52,141 nt of DNA from Calditrichota bacterium (GCA_016867855.1 VGIO01000001.1:1-52141); one strand, 5' to 3'; positions 1 through 9,784 are shown, counted from the first letter of the stretch. Made by a program: numbers and translations. The notes: generated by a model not told the origin, from the sequence alone.

Positions 1-195
1 ATCGGCGCGGTTAGGGTTACTAATAAATAGACCAGCGGCGGCGCCCAATTACCGTCCAAAGCCCAGCCGAGGCTTATATTGGCGCGAACAGCGCGAATGT
101 AGGCGCGAAAAGTCAAAGTTGATTTATTAATGAAGAGAATACTGTGAACCAAGCGAACATATCAATCAGTCCGGCAATTCACGAATTTATAAAAC

Positions 196-1539
196 TTAAT
201 TTTCAGTCTGGCTGGTGAAATGAAAGTCGTTGACTTTCATCGCCGGGGTGACCGTGCCGCCGCCACCCCAAAAGGTCTCGGTCTTATATAACTGCCGTGA
301 TAAGGCTTCGACATTGTTTAAAATATGCAGCACAGATTCAGTGAAGCGCATATTTTTCAAACCTTTGGATATCCTGCCGTTTTCAATTAAGAACAAGCCG
401 TCGCGGGTCATTCCGGTGAGGGTAACCTTCATCGGGTCGAGGATGTTGCAATAATGCAGTCGGGTAACTAATACGCCCTTCCCTGTCGAAGATATCATCT
501 CATCGAGCGAAGACTCGCCGGGCGAGATGATGACATTTAAAGGTATAGGACCATTAGTATCCGGCTGGGGTAGAGCGTGTCCGGTCGAAGCGGCGCTGGC
601 TTTGGCGCCGGTATTTCGGTCGTGAACGACGCCTTTGAAAACGCCTTTTTCGATTAGCGGGACGGCGCGGCGCGGCATACCTTCATAGTCGAAGGGTATT
701 CCGGGCGTCAAGGGATGATAAGGGTCATCGACGATAGTGATGTTATCACCGAGGACTTTTTGTCCGATTTTACCGGTGAAAGGGCTGCGGCTTTCAACGA
801 AGGCTTTGCCGTTGAACGATTCCCAGATTAGAAATAGCATAAAATCAGCAACCGCGGCCGGTTCGAAGACGACCGTCCAGGCGCCGGGTTCGATGGAGGA
901 TGGATTGCGGCTGTCGAGCGCTTTCCGGGCGGCTGTTTGGGCGACGCGGCTGATGTCGATTTTCGCAATATCCGGGTCGGTGTCTTCGCACCAGCCGGAG
1001 GAGTCCTGGCTCATTGCGGAGATGGAGAAGGCGGCGTTAGTTTTACGGTGAAACGCCCAGAGGCCATTTGAATTGGCGATGGCAAAACCGTTGCCGCCGT
1101 TGGAAAATATACCGGCGCCCTCAAGTCCTTCTTTTTGAAAAAAATCGACGGCTTGGGCTATGCCGTCGGCACGCGCTTCAGGCGAGAATTCGACGGTCGC
1201 GTCGAAAAAGTTCGGTTTGGATTGGTAAGTTTGGGGCTCTATCAGCGGCAGCAAGTCCTTATCGACGGCGGAGACTTCTTGCGCGGCTTTGGCGGTCGCA
1301 ATGCAGCGCGCGATGCCGTCAGCGGTGAGATTGCCGGTGGAGGCTTTGCCCATTTTCCCGGCGCGCAGCAACCGCGCCGACATTCCGCCGCCGCCTTGCG
1401 AAACGTTTTGCGTGATACGGCTCTCGCCGAAGCGCGTCAACGCGCCTTCAGCAGATGAAAGCAGGATTTCCGTTTCATAACCGACGGCTAAATTCAACGC
1501 CTGGTCTGCCATAGCGCGTAGTTCGCTCTCAGTGAACAT
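196..1539 (-). CDS. pmbA: TldD/PmbA-family protein (PmbA/TldE-like)
   Basis: 447-aa ORF of family-typical size. Gly-rich C-terminal half (GMTRDGLFLIENG, GGGGTVTPAMKV). No HExxxH zinc site, so PmbA-like rather than TldD-like. No tldD partner in the window. Confidence 0.7.
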   Translation of the reverse strand: MFTESELRAMADQALNLAVGYETEILLSSAEGALTRFGESRITQNVSQGGGGMSARLLRAGKMGKASTGNLTADGIARCIATAKAAQEVSAVDKDLLPLIEPQTYQSKPNFFDATVEFSPEARADGIAQAVDFFQKEGLEGAGIFSNGGNGFAIANSNGLWAFHRKTNAAFSISAMSQDSSGWCEDTDPDIAKIDISRVAQTAARKALDSRNPSSIEPGAWTVVFEPAAVADFMLFLIWESFNGKAFVESRSPFTGKIGQKVLGDNITIVDDPYHPLTPGIPFDYEGMPRRAVPLIEKGVFKGVVHDRNTGAKASAASTGHALPQPDTNGPIPLNVIISPGESSLDEMISSTGKGVLVTRLHYCNILDPMKVTLTGMTRDGLFLIENGRISKGLKNMRFTESVLHILNNVEALSRQLYKTETFWGGGGTVTPAMKVNDFHFTSQTEN

Positions 1540-1581
1540 TTATATCCTCTATTTATGAGATTTACATTTATAATATAGTGG

Positions 1582-1681
1582 TAATTGCAAAAGTGTTGGA
1601 TTTATTAACTGATGGCAAGGCGGACGAGGGCATCCGCCTTGCCATCTGAGTTTTCTGGATTAATCATCACTTTTGCAATTA
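1582..1681. repeat. 100-bp nested palindrome. Outer perfect 14-bp stem TAATTGCAAAAGTG / CACTTTTGCAATTA; inner 14-bp stem GATGGCAAGGCGGA / TCCGCCTTGCCATC at 1611-1646.
   Basis: Read directly from the sequence. Lies between the queA 3' end and the pmbA 5' end. Confidence 0.85.
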
Positions 1682-1821
1682 GCTCAATATATTATATATA
1701 AAATCAGTCTCTATAGCAATTCATATCGTTGATTCTGGATTTTGAATTAGAGAATGAGGGATAAGTGGGCGAAATGAACATAGTGGACTAAGACCAACCT
1801 GCCAATTTGGGAACTTGCGAA

Positions 1822-2883
1822 CTATATAATCAGCATTGCATCGCCATAGGAATAGAACCGGAAGCCGCTTTCGAGGGCGGTTTGGTAGGCGGTATTCAGC
1901 AGGTCCCAGCCGAGGAAGGCGGCGACCAACTGCAGCAGGGTTGAATCCGGGCGGTGAAAGTTAGTGAGCAGGCGGTCGATGACTTTGAATTCGAAAGGCG
2001 GATAAATAAATAGGTCGGCTTCAGCGCTGCCAAATGTGAGTGGGATACTTTTTAGCGCGGCGGCTTCTAAGGCGCGCACTACGGTCGTGCCAACGGCGGT
2101 AATAGGCTGCCGATTTTGCCGGGCTGCGTTTATCAAGGCAGCGGTTTGGGGAGGAATGCAATACGACTCGGTGTGCATCTTATGCTGCGTTATATCATCG
2201 CTGCGAATCGGTTCGAATGTGCCTAAGCCAATATCGAGCGTCAGCCGTCCGATTTGGCAGCCGTGCGTCTGGAGCGCGGCGAATAGATCCGGTGTGAAAT
2301 GGAGTCCGGCGGTCGGCGCCGCCAGCGACCCTGGGGCAGCCGCATAGACCGTCTGATAGCGGTTGTAATCGTTCAATTCGTGCCGGCGTTTGATATAAGG
2401 CGGCAGCGGCGGCTTGCCGTAGAGGTTCAGCCAATCGAAGAGGTTTGGCATATCGACCGTCGGAGAAATTTTATCTATCCACTCGCCGCACCAGCCGCCA
2501 TCCTTATACCGCTGGCTCAATATAAAAGCCTTCCTCCCCGGCAAATCGATTTCGAGTCCTTCCCGCAGACGGCGGGATGGATTTATCAAAGCCGCAGCGG
2601 TCCGCGTCGATGCATCGTAAGTATCGGCTAAAAACAGCAGCCTAACCGCGCCGCCGCCAGGCCGCAGTCCCTCTATACAAGCGGGGATGACCCGCGTATC
2701 GTTCAGCGCAATCACATCGCCGGCGAGGAATTCAGTTAGGTCGCGGAAATAGCCGCTGTGAATTACGCGCTGCAATGTTCGGTCTATTACCAACAGGCGC
2801 GACGCATCGCGCTCGGCGGCAGGATATTGAGCCACGCGGTCGTCCGGAATGACGACCTTAAATTCTGGAGGAAAGCGAGACAA
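1822..2883 (-). CDS. queA: S-adenosylmethionine:tRNA ribosyltransferase-isomerase
   Basis: 353-aa ORF. QueA-like N-terminus (..PDDRVAQYPAAERDASRLLVIDR..) and C-terminus (..TNFHRPDSTLLQLVAAF.. YSYGDAMLI). Confidence 0.9.
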   Translation of the reverse strand: MSRFPPEFKVVIPDDRVAQYPAAERDASRLLVIDRTLQRVIHSGYFRDLTEFLAGDVIALNDTRVIPACIEGLRPGGGAVRLLFLADTYDASTRTAAALINPSRRLREGLEIDLPGRKAFILSQRYKDGGWCGEWIDKISPTVDMPNLFDWLNLYGKPPLPPYIKRRHELNDYNRYQTVYAAAPGSLAAPTAGLHFTPDLFAALQTHGCQIGRLTLDIGLGTFEPIRSDDITQHKMHTESYCIPPQTAALINAARQNRQPITAVGTTVVRALEAAALKSIPLTFGSAEADLFIYPPFEFKVIDRLLTNFHRPDSTLLQLVAAFLGWDLLNTAYQTALESGFRFYSYGDAMLII

Positions 2884-2948
2884 ATGAAATAATTCGATAG
2901 TTGACTATCACTTGCGAACTTGGGAACTTGCAAACTTACAAACTTGTT

Positions 2949-3848
2949 TCATCTATTGAACAACAATGCCGAACCGGCGACGGCGATGAGGGTGCCTGCG
3001 ATAGCGCGCAAGGTGACTTTTTCCTTATAGATAATTGCGACCCAAGGGACGATCATAATCGGGACCAGCCCCATCAAAGTCGCGGCGATGCCGGTTTCAG
3101 CGTAGCGCACCGAGACCAGCGACAGCCAGATGCCGATGAAAGGTCCGAATATCGAACCGGCCAGGGTTAGGGATATCCCTTTACGGTCGCCCAGCGAAGA
3201 TGCCATAATTTTATATTGACGGCTGATTAAAATAAATAACCACATCACGACCGCGCCGGAGATGATGCGCAGAAAGGTCGCGGCGAGCGGCGAGACGATA
3301 TTGTTCATACCGGCTTTTGCCAGGATTAATCCAACGGCTTGCCCTAAAGCCGCGACGACCCCCAAGGTCAAACCGAGCCAGGAAAATTTCTGATTCGCTT
3401 TTACGGTTGGATTGACGGTTCGTTCGAACACGACCCAAAATACGCCGACCGTGGTGATGATTATGCCCAACCAGGCTAATAAAGATAACTTTTCATCCAG
3501 CGCCCAGAGGGCAATCAAGGCTGTAAAGACCGGCGAAAAGGCGATAGTCAGAGTAGTTTTGCGTGGTCCAAACAGGACATAGGCATAGAACAGCGCGCTG
3601 TCGCCGACCGCCAGTCCGACGACGCCGGAGAGTATTAACCATAGCGGTTTGCCGCCCTGATACCAGAGACCCGGATTAGCGCCATAAGAGATTGAAGATA
3701 CTAAAAATAAGAGACCAGTTGCGATGGTCAGCCGCCAGACATTGACCGGCAGCGAGCCGATGCGCTGACCAGCGGATGTAAAAAAGATTGCCGTCCAGGA
3801 CCAGCAGAAGGCTGTGGCCAGCGCGGCAATTTCACCGAAATATGGCAT
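2949..3848 (-). CDS. EamA/DMT-family transporter
   Basis: 299-aa ORF, about ten hydrophobic helices, duplicated EamA-like halves. Confidence 0.75.
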   Translation of the reverse strand: MPYFGEIAALATAFCWSWTAIFFTSAGQRIGSLPVNVWRLTIATGLLFLVSSISYGANPGLWYQGGKPLWLILSGVVGLAVGDSALFYAYVLFGPRKTTLTIAFSPVFTALIALWALDEKLSLLAWLGIIITTVGVFWVVFERTVNPTVKANQKFSWLGLTLGVVAALGQAVGLILAKAGMNNIVSPLAATFLRIISGAVVMWLFILISRQYKIMASSLGDRKGISLTLAGSIFGPFIGIWLSLVSVRYAETGIAATLMGLVPIMIVPWVAIIYKEKVTLRAIAGTLIAVAGSALLFNR

Positions 3849-4281
3849 TATGAATAAAAATTGGGAATTTTAAGTGAAATTGGAAGAGAAACAAAAGCGT
3901 CCACTAACCGTAGATGAGCAGCGGATTTTGCTATTATCCTAATCCGGCGGCAAGACCTGCGCCGGGACATTCTGCCGCTGCCCGCTAAAGAGACAGGATA
4001 ATACGACCGTGTTAATTCAACAAATGACCGAGCGTTCAGCGCTGAATAGGAATTAAAATAGACAATATGATACTTAATGACAAGTCATTCGCTGGTTAAT
4101 AAGCCGGTTTGCCTAAATCGTTGACAAAGGCGATGAAAATTGTTTATTTTGAAATCTATGAAAGCGCTGAATATTGCATCAACAACTATGAAATGGGCTT
4201 CTACAATTTTATAAATGAATTTAAATGCGTATAATATTCATCTAGTGCCTCGTTGCAAATGAAACTGGCATTATAGTATAG

Positions 4282-4358
4282 ACAGGAGGACAGGCGTCCC
4301 TGCCTGTCCACTTTGCAGCCATATCTTCCGGGACAGGCAGGGACGCCTGTCCTCCTGT
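4282..4358. repeat. Perfect 28-bp inverted repeat (4282-4309 / 4331-4358). Each arm is itself a hairpin GGACAGGC-AGGGAC-GCCTGTCC.
   Basis: The reverse complement of the left arm equals the right arm exactly. It generates the spurious ORF 4271..4597. Confidence 0.9.
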
Positions 4359-4402
4359 TCGACATACTGGAAACCATTAATGCAAGTGAACGTTAGCGCT
4401 AT

Positions 4403-4563
4403 CTGTATTGACAATGAAGTAAGCACACGCTTTGTCATTCTGACCGAAGTGAAGAATCCCGTCCCCCGTACCCAGACGAGATGCTTCACTGCGTTCAGCA
4501 TGACATCCGCGAAATATGCGAACTGAATTATGTCGCTATGTATAATGTTACTTGTCAATACAG
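4403..4563. repeat. Compound REP-like element. Outer inverted repeat CTGTATTGACAA..TTGTCAATACAG encloses the GTCATTCTGACCGAAGTGAAGAATC..GATGCTTCACTGCGTTCAGCATGAC hairpin (4434-4504).
   Basis: Read directly. The inner hairpin belongs to the family also seen at 42623-42690 and 49859-49936. Confidence 0.8.
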
Positions 4564-4700
4564 CAATCGATGATATGAGTAATCGACGCCATCGCAATTA
4601 ACAGCAGATTTGAGATATAGACTCGTCGATTGGTGGGATTATTTCCGCTCGCCGGGCTCTCGCAAATCGGCTCTCAAAGTAATCCTTTGCACAATAAATA

Positions 4701-6011
4701 TTGATAATTAAAGTGCCTTTCACCTTAGATATAAATCTCTTCTACCTAGCCTTCGCCGCTTATTTCGCCGGCTTTATAACCTTCAGTCTCTACGCGGCTT
4801 TTAAGACCGATATTTGGAGCCGTATCGGCGTGTGGGCGATGCTGATGGGCTTAATTCCGCATACTTTCGGTTTCAGCGCGCGCTGGCTTTCAACTAACCA
4901 TATCCCGCTGTCTAATATGTATGAATATATGTCTCTGATGTCCTGGATGGCGGTGGTAACCTTGCTCATTGTCTATTATCGTTACCGGCGCCGGGCTATC
5001 GGGGTGTTCATATCGCCGGTGGTGTTTATGCTGATGGTAGCGGCGGCATTGCTGCCCAAAGAGGCGTCGCAATCATTGATGCCGGCGCTGCGCAGCGTTT
5101 GGCTGATGATACATGTCTCGCTGGCGGCGCTTGGCACCGGCTGCTTCTTGGTCTCGTTTGCTGCCAGCGCGGCGTATCTTCTCAAGCAACTCGACGCTGC
5201 CGGACTTGAGCCTAACCGGCGGATTAGAGCCTGGCGGAACGCGGCGATAAATCTAATTATCCTGCCGTTAGTCTTCGCGATATTGTTAACGGCGCTCGGT
5301 TGGCAGCCGCCGGCGCCGGCTTCTCATTTCGGTCCAGCCGGGGCTGGAATAAATGCCGGCGGATTCATAAGCCTGTTGGGTTTGGGCTTTGTAATCGGCG
5401 CAATTTACGCCGCGATGCAGCCTCTCTGGTCGAAGATAAACCGGTTCAACGGCTTTGGGACCTGGCTGTTCATCGCGGTTGTGATGACCTTCTTGAGCGG
5501 CGCGCTGGTCGAAGGTTTAACGCTGAAAAGCGGCTGGCTGGCACTGACATCCGAATTGCCGGGTCCGAGGGGAGGAACGGTCAAATCCTATTGGCTGATA
5601 TTCGAATTCATCGGCGCGGCTTATGTAATAGGTTTGATTTTGGCGATTGCACTGCTGCCGATGTTAGCCGGAGTCAGCCGGTTGACCAGCGAAAAGATGT
5701 CTCTGGCCCCCGATTTGTTGGATGAGATTTCCTATAAAGCCGTCTCGTTAGGCTATCCGCTCTACACAATCGGCGCCTTATTTGCCGGGGCGATTTGGGC
5801 TGAGCAGGCTTGGGGACAATTTTGGTCGTGGGATCCTAAGGAGGTCGGTTCGCTCATCACCTGGCTGTTCTATTCGGGTTATCTGCATGCACGGCATCAG
5901 CGCGGCTGGAGCGGCCGGCGCGCGGCGGTGTTAGCGGTCGCAGGATTCTTAGTCGTTTTACTTTCATTTTTTGGAAATTATTTCTTTGGCGGACTTCACG
6001 CCTATGGATAA
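4701..6011 (+). CDS. ccsA: Cytochrome c biogenesis protein CcsA/ResC (system II haem handling)
   Basis: 436-aa polytopic membrane ORF (TTG start). Carries the Trp-rich WWD-type motif WGQFWSWDPKEVGSLITWLFY. Confidence 0.8.
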   Translation: MIIKVPFTLDINLFYLAFAAYFAGFITFSLYAAFKTDIWSRIGVWAMLMGLIPHTFGFSARWLSTNHIPLSNMYEYMSLMSWMAVVTLLIVYYRYRRRAIGVFISPVVFMLMVAAALLPKEASQSLMPALRSVWLMIHVSLAALGTGCFLVSFAASAAYLLKQLDAAGLEPNRRIRAWRNAAINLIILPLVFAILLTALGWQPPAPASHFGPAGAGINAGGFISLLGLGFVIGAIYAAMQPLWSKINRFNGFGTWLFIAVVMTFLSGALVEGLTLKSGWLALTSELPGPRGGTVKSYWLIFEFIGAAYVIGLILAIALLPMLAGVSRLTSEKMSLAPDLLDEISYKAVSLGYPLYTIGALFAGAIWAEQAWGQFWSWDPKEVGSLITWLFYSGYLHARHQRGWSGRRAAVLAVAGFLVVLLSFFGNYFFGGLHAYG

Positions 6012-6040
6012 GAGATTGAATCAATTTAATGAAACTCCCC

Positions 6041-6249
6041 CCTCGCTTGCGGGGGGGATTAAGGGGGGGTGTATTACCAGTGGAAGATTTGGCTGTAAAC
6101 CACAGAGGATTGACAGCGCATTCGCATCGGGGACAGTCGACCGCGGCGGGTCAGCAGCGGGCAGGTTTTTTCCCTCGCCTGCGGGGGGGATTAAGGGGGG
6201 GTGTATTACCAGTGGAAGACTTGGCTGTCAACCACAGAGGATTGACAGC
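6041..6249 (+). repeat. Two direct copies of a 77-bp element (6041-6117 and 6173-6249, 3 mismatches). Each carries a G/C hairpin plus a GCTGTMAACC..GGATTGACAGC hairpin.
   Basis: Aligned by eye base for base. A partial inverted copy lies at 9467-9498. Confidence 0.9.
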
Positions 6250-6285
6250 CAAATCTACGTTGGCAGCTGCATCTTCATTGCCTTT

Positions 6286-9200
6286 ATGACAATATTAAGC
6301 CTTATACTTTTGACGATAGGCGTTTTATCTCCACTGCAAGCACAGACCTTCGGCAAAAATAAGGTTCAATATACCTATTTCAAGTGGCAGTATCTCACCT
6401 CCGAACATTTCAATATCTATTACAATCAAGGCGGACGGACGGTGGCGGATTTTGCTGCGGAGGCGGCTGAAGACGCCTATCGGAAATTGGCGCATAATTT
6501 TCGCTATACTCCCGAATCGCAAGACCCCATCACGCTCATAACCTATCAATCGCATAACGATTTTACCCAGACTAATGTAACCAGTGAACAGCCGGAAGAG
6601 GGCTTGGGCGGCTTCACTGAGTTTCTCAAAGCCCGCGTGGTAGTGCCATTCGAAGGCGACCACGAGAAGTTCCGCCATGTCATCCATCACGAATTGACTC
6701 ACGCTTTGATGCTGCGCATATTGTTCGGCGAGGGGTTCGGCGCGATTATCAGCGGCATCAGCCAGTCGAATCTACCGCTCTGGTTCACAGAAGGACTGGC
6801 GGAATATCAATCCCGCGGCGGATTAGACCGCGAGACCGAGATGTTCCTGCGCGACGCGGTCGTCAACGACCTGCTTCCCGAAGTTTATCAACTCGAAGAG
6901 CTCGGCTATTTAGGCGTGTATAAGTGCGGACAGTCGATTATTTACTACATCGCCGACCGTTACGGCGATGAAAAAGTCGGTGAGATTTTACATCAAATCA
7001 AAGGTTTGCGCGATTTCGACAAGGCGTTGAAAGCCTCTATCGGCATCGACAGCGAAGAGTTGTCCAAACGCTGGCGTCGCTGGCTGAAGGAACGGTATTG
7101 GCCGCAGGTCGCGCGAATGGATCCACCGGAAAAGTATGCCAACGCTCTGACTAATCATAAAAAGGAGTATTGTTATGTCAACAACAGCCCGGCGCTGTCG
7201 CCGGGTGGGGAATATATAGCCTTTCTCTCCGACCGCTCGGATTACTTCGATGTCTATTTGATGCGCACTATCGATGGGAAAATTGAGAGGCGCTTAATAC
7301 ACGGGCAGCGGTCGGGGCAATTCGAAGAGTTGCATTGGCTGCGTCCGGGCATCACTTGGTCGCCGGACGGCAGCCGTATAGCGCTGGCGGCTAAAGCCGG
7401 CAAGCGCGACGCGCTCTATATAGTGGATGTGAAGCGCGCCAAGGTCATCCGCCGACTGCAGTTCAAGTCCGACGGATTATTCAGTCCTGCGTGGTCGCCG
7501 CGCGGTGATGAAATCGCTTTCGTGCGGGTCCTCGACGGTCGGAGCGATATCGCTGTCGTTCACCTTGAGAGCGGGGATTTAAGGCTGCTGACCGACGACC
7601 TGTTCGACGACGACGACCCGGCTTGGTCACCGGACGGCGCGCGGCTGCTGTTCACTTCCAACCGCGGTGGCTGCGACAGCCTGCAAATCCATACCTTAAT
7701 TAATCGCCCTATCGACGAGTTCGATGTTTATGAAGTGGAATGCGCAACTGGACAAATCCGATGCTTGACCTTTGACCGGCAGGTCATTCGCACGCCGCTC
7801 TGGACGCCGCTCGACAGCACGATTTTATATGTCAGCAACATCAGCGGGGCTTTTAATCTCTACCTTCACAATTTGATTACCGGCGAGCGGCGGGCGGTCA
7901 ACAATATCGTCACCGGTTCGTTCCAGCCGACCATCTCGCCTAAAACTCAAGCGCTGGCTTTCACATCTTATTATAATAACGGCTACGACATATTTCTGAT
8001 GTATAGTGTATTCGACAACCAAACTTCCGGCGTAGCCACGACCCATATTCCACAGGCTGGAAAAATTATTTCCTCTGATAAACCGGCAGCGAGTTATGCC
8101 GTCCCGTTCAACGATTACAGCCAGTTCGTCTTCGACCGGCTGTTCAACCCGAAAGATACGACTAAGAAAAGCGAGACCGCTGTCGATTCGGCTACAGTCG
8201 CCAGTCGCGCGCGCAGCGAGGAGGGGCGCTATAGCAGTTACGATTATAAAGTTCAATTGACGCCGGACCTGTTCTATGTCGCAGCGTCGTATAGTCCTTA
8301 TTTTAAGACTCAAGGCACGATGACGATGCTGTTTTCGGATGTTTTGGGCAATCATCACATCTTTTTAGCCGCGGACATCAATCGTTCGACGGAGAACAGC
8401 AATTTCTTCACGGCTTATCAATACTTGGCGCGGCGTATGGATTTGAGCGTCGGCTTTTACCATTACGCCTATCCCTTTAATTACGGCTGGTGGCGCGACC
8501 GGAATTACGGGCTGTTCATCGGGTCGTCCTATCCTCTCAATCGCTATAACCGGTTCGAATTCAGCAGCGAGTATTCGGTCATCGAACGGGCGGCGCTGGT
8601 CGGCGAATGGCGAAACGGCGACTATCGAGAATACTATGAACCTCGCGAGCGGCGTTCCACGGTCATACCGCATATCGGCTATGTCCACGATACATCTATT
8701 TGGCATTCCCGTGTGGAGCCTGGCAATGGCGAACGTTGGCGCATCGATGCGCAGGTCTGTCCGGCGGTCGGCGTCGGCGACCAGAAGATCTCCTTCCGCA
8801 CATTGTCGTTCGACTGGCGTTATTATATCAACTATCGCAAGGATTACGCCTTGGGGCTGCGCTTCAGCGGCGCCGGCTCGGAAGGCACTAATCCGCAGCG
8901 ATTCTTTGTGGGAGGACTGGGCAATTGGTTTAATCCGCGCTATGATAATACGGAAGGCAAATTACTTGTAAATCGCGTCGAAGATATATATTTTTCAAGT
9001 TTTGAGGGACCTTTGCGGGGAGTCGGCTATTATAATCAGGTAGGTTCGCGTTATATTTTAAACAACCTCGAATTTCGGTTTCCGTTCATCCGGCATTTGA
9101 TGTTCGGCTTTCCGTTGCCGGCTTACTTTCGCAATGTGCGCGGTTGCTTCTTTACCGACACCGGCGTGGCCTGGGATCCGCACCGTGAGGCGACATCTTT

Positions 9201-9351
9201 TAAGAAGAGCCGCGCTACTTTCGGCTTCGGCTTTGGCATCCGGCTCGATTTGGGCATCTTTCCGCTGCAATGGGATGTGGCTTGGTCGCCGCACAATATC
9301 GGGCAGCAGATGGTGCCGCAGTATTATTTCTCGATTAATACGGGATTTTAA
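6286..9351 (+). CDS. Outer-membrane protein with three modules: HExxH peptidase-like domain, TolB/PD40-type beta-propeller repeats, and a C-terminal Omp85 (surface antigen D15)-like beta-barrel
   Basis: The in-frame ATG at 6286 gives a signal peptide (MTILSLILLTIGVLSPLQAQ). Motifs: HELTHAL; repeated WSPDG/WSPRG blades; aromatic-rich C-terminal barrel ending ..YYFSINTGF. ORF-track residues 1-105 are translated repeat DNA. Confidence 0.7.
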   Translation: MTILSLILLTIGVLSPLQAQTFGKNKVQYTYFKWQYLTSEHFNIYYNQGGRTVADFAAEAAEDAYRKLAHNFRYTPESQDPITLITYQSHNDFTQTNVTSEQPEEGLGGFTEFLKARVVVPFEGDHEKFRHVIHHELTHALMLRILFGEGFGAIISGISQSNLPLWFTEGLAEYQSRGGLDRETEMFLRDAVVNDLLPEVYQLEELGYLGVYKCGQSIIYYIADRYGDEKVGEILHQIKGLRDFDKALKASIGIDSEELSKRWRRWLKERYWPQVARMDPPEKYANALTNHKKEYCYVNNSPALSPGGEYIAFLSDRSDYFDVYLMRTIDGKIERRLIHGQRSGQFEELHWLRPGITWSPDGSRIALAAKAGKRDALYIVDVKRAKVIRRLQFKSDGLFSPAWSPRGDEIAFVRVLDGRSDIAVVHLESGDLRLLTDDLFDDDDPAWSPDGARLLFTSNRGGCDSLQIHTLINRPIDEFDVYEVECATGQIRCLTFDRQVIRTPLWTPLDSTILYVSNISGAFNLYLHNLITGERRAVNNIVTGSFQPTISPKTQALAFTSYYNNGYDIFLMYSVFDNQTSGVATTHIPQAGKIISSDKPAASYAVPFNDYSQFVFDRLFNPKDTTKKSETAVDSATVASRARSEEGRYSSYDYKVQLTPDLFYVAASYSPYFKTQGTMTMLFSDVLGNHHIFLAADINRSTENSNFFTAYQYLARRMDLSVGFYHYAYPFNYGWWRDRNYGLFIGSSYPLNRYNRFEFSSEYSVIERAALVGEWRNGDYREYYEPRERRSTVIPHIGYVHDTSIWHSRVEPGNGERWRIDAQVCPAVGVGDQKISFRTLSFDWRYYINYRKDYALGLRFSGAGSEGTNPQRFFVGGLGNWFNPRYDNTEGKLLVNRVEDIYFSSFEGPLRGVGYYNQVGSRYILNNLEFRFPFIRHLMFGFPLPAYFRNVRGCFFTDTGVAWDPHREATSFKKSRATFGFGFGIRLDLGIFPLQWDVAWSPHNIGQQMVPQYYFSINTGF

Positions 9352-9529
9352 AATTCAGTGTTCAGAGTTCAGACTTCAACCTGAATTATTGCTGAAACGA
9401 TGAACTCAAACCTCGCAATTTCATAGGAATCATCATCCCGCGGAGCGGTGCAACGTAAAATTAAAATACACCCCCTTCATCCCCTCGCAAGCGGGGGGAG
9501 AAAGTGCATCTATTTTCCGAGTAACATAA

Positions 9530-9784
9530 ATGACAGATAAAAAAGGTCAACCCAAGCGGCTCTTCCCACTGCTGCTCATCGGCAGGAAGAACCTTTTATT
9601 TTACATTATAGGCGTGGTCGTCCTGGCGTTAGGATTTATATTGATGTCCATTCCGCCATGGGATAGTTTTTTATCGCGCACTTTAGCGCCTCTGGCGCTT
9701 TTAGTGGCGTATGTAGTAATATTCCCGATTGCTATACTCTATAAATCCTGGGCTGAAAAGCCAAAAGGCGGCAGTGAGAAGTAG
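9530..9784 (+). CDS. Small two-TM membrane protein, DUF3098-like
   Basis: 84 aa. Basic N-terminus, two hydrophobic helices, and an FCB-typical DUF3098-like layout (..GFILMS.. then ..RTLAPLALLVAYVV..). Confidence 0.5.
   Translation: MTDKKGQPKRLFPLLLIGRKNLLFYIIGVVVLALGFILMSIPPWDSFLSRTLAPLALLVAYVVIFPIAILYKSWAEKPKGGSEK

Noticed and set aside
1-116. Possible 5' end of a minus-strand gene leaving the left edge (TTG at 116; LTFRAYIRAVRANISLGWALDGNWAPPLVYLLVTLTAP)
   Set aside because: Only 38 codons are visible. There is no Shine-Dalgarno sequence, and the stretch contains a GCGCGAA triple repeat. The hydrophobic tail is suggestive of a membrane protein, but the evidence is too thin to annotate.
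4271-4597. 108-aa minus-strand ORF in the EamA/ccsA divergent region
   Set aside because: It is composed almost entirely of the 28-bp inverted repeat and the nested REP hairpins. No RBS and no recognisable domain.
5971-6285. N-terminal 105 residues of ORF 5971..9351
   Set aside because: This stretch is a translation of the duplicated 77-bp repeat element (..PPSLAGGIKGGCITSG.. twice). It overlaps the end of ccsA. A signal peptide begins at the in-frame ATG 6286.
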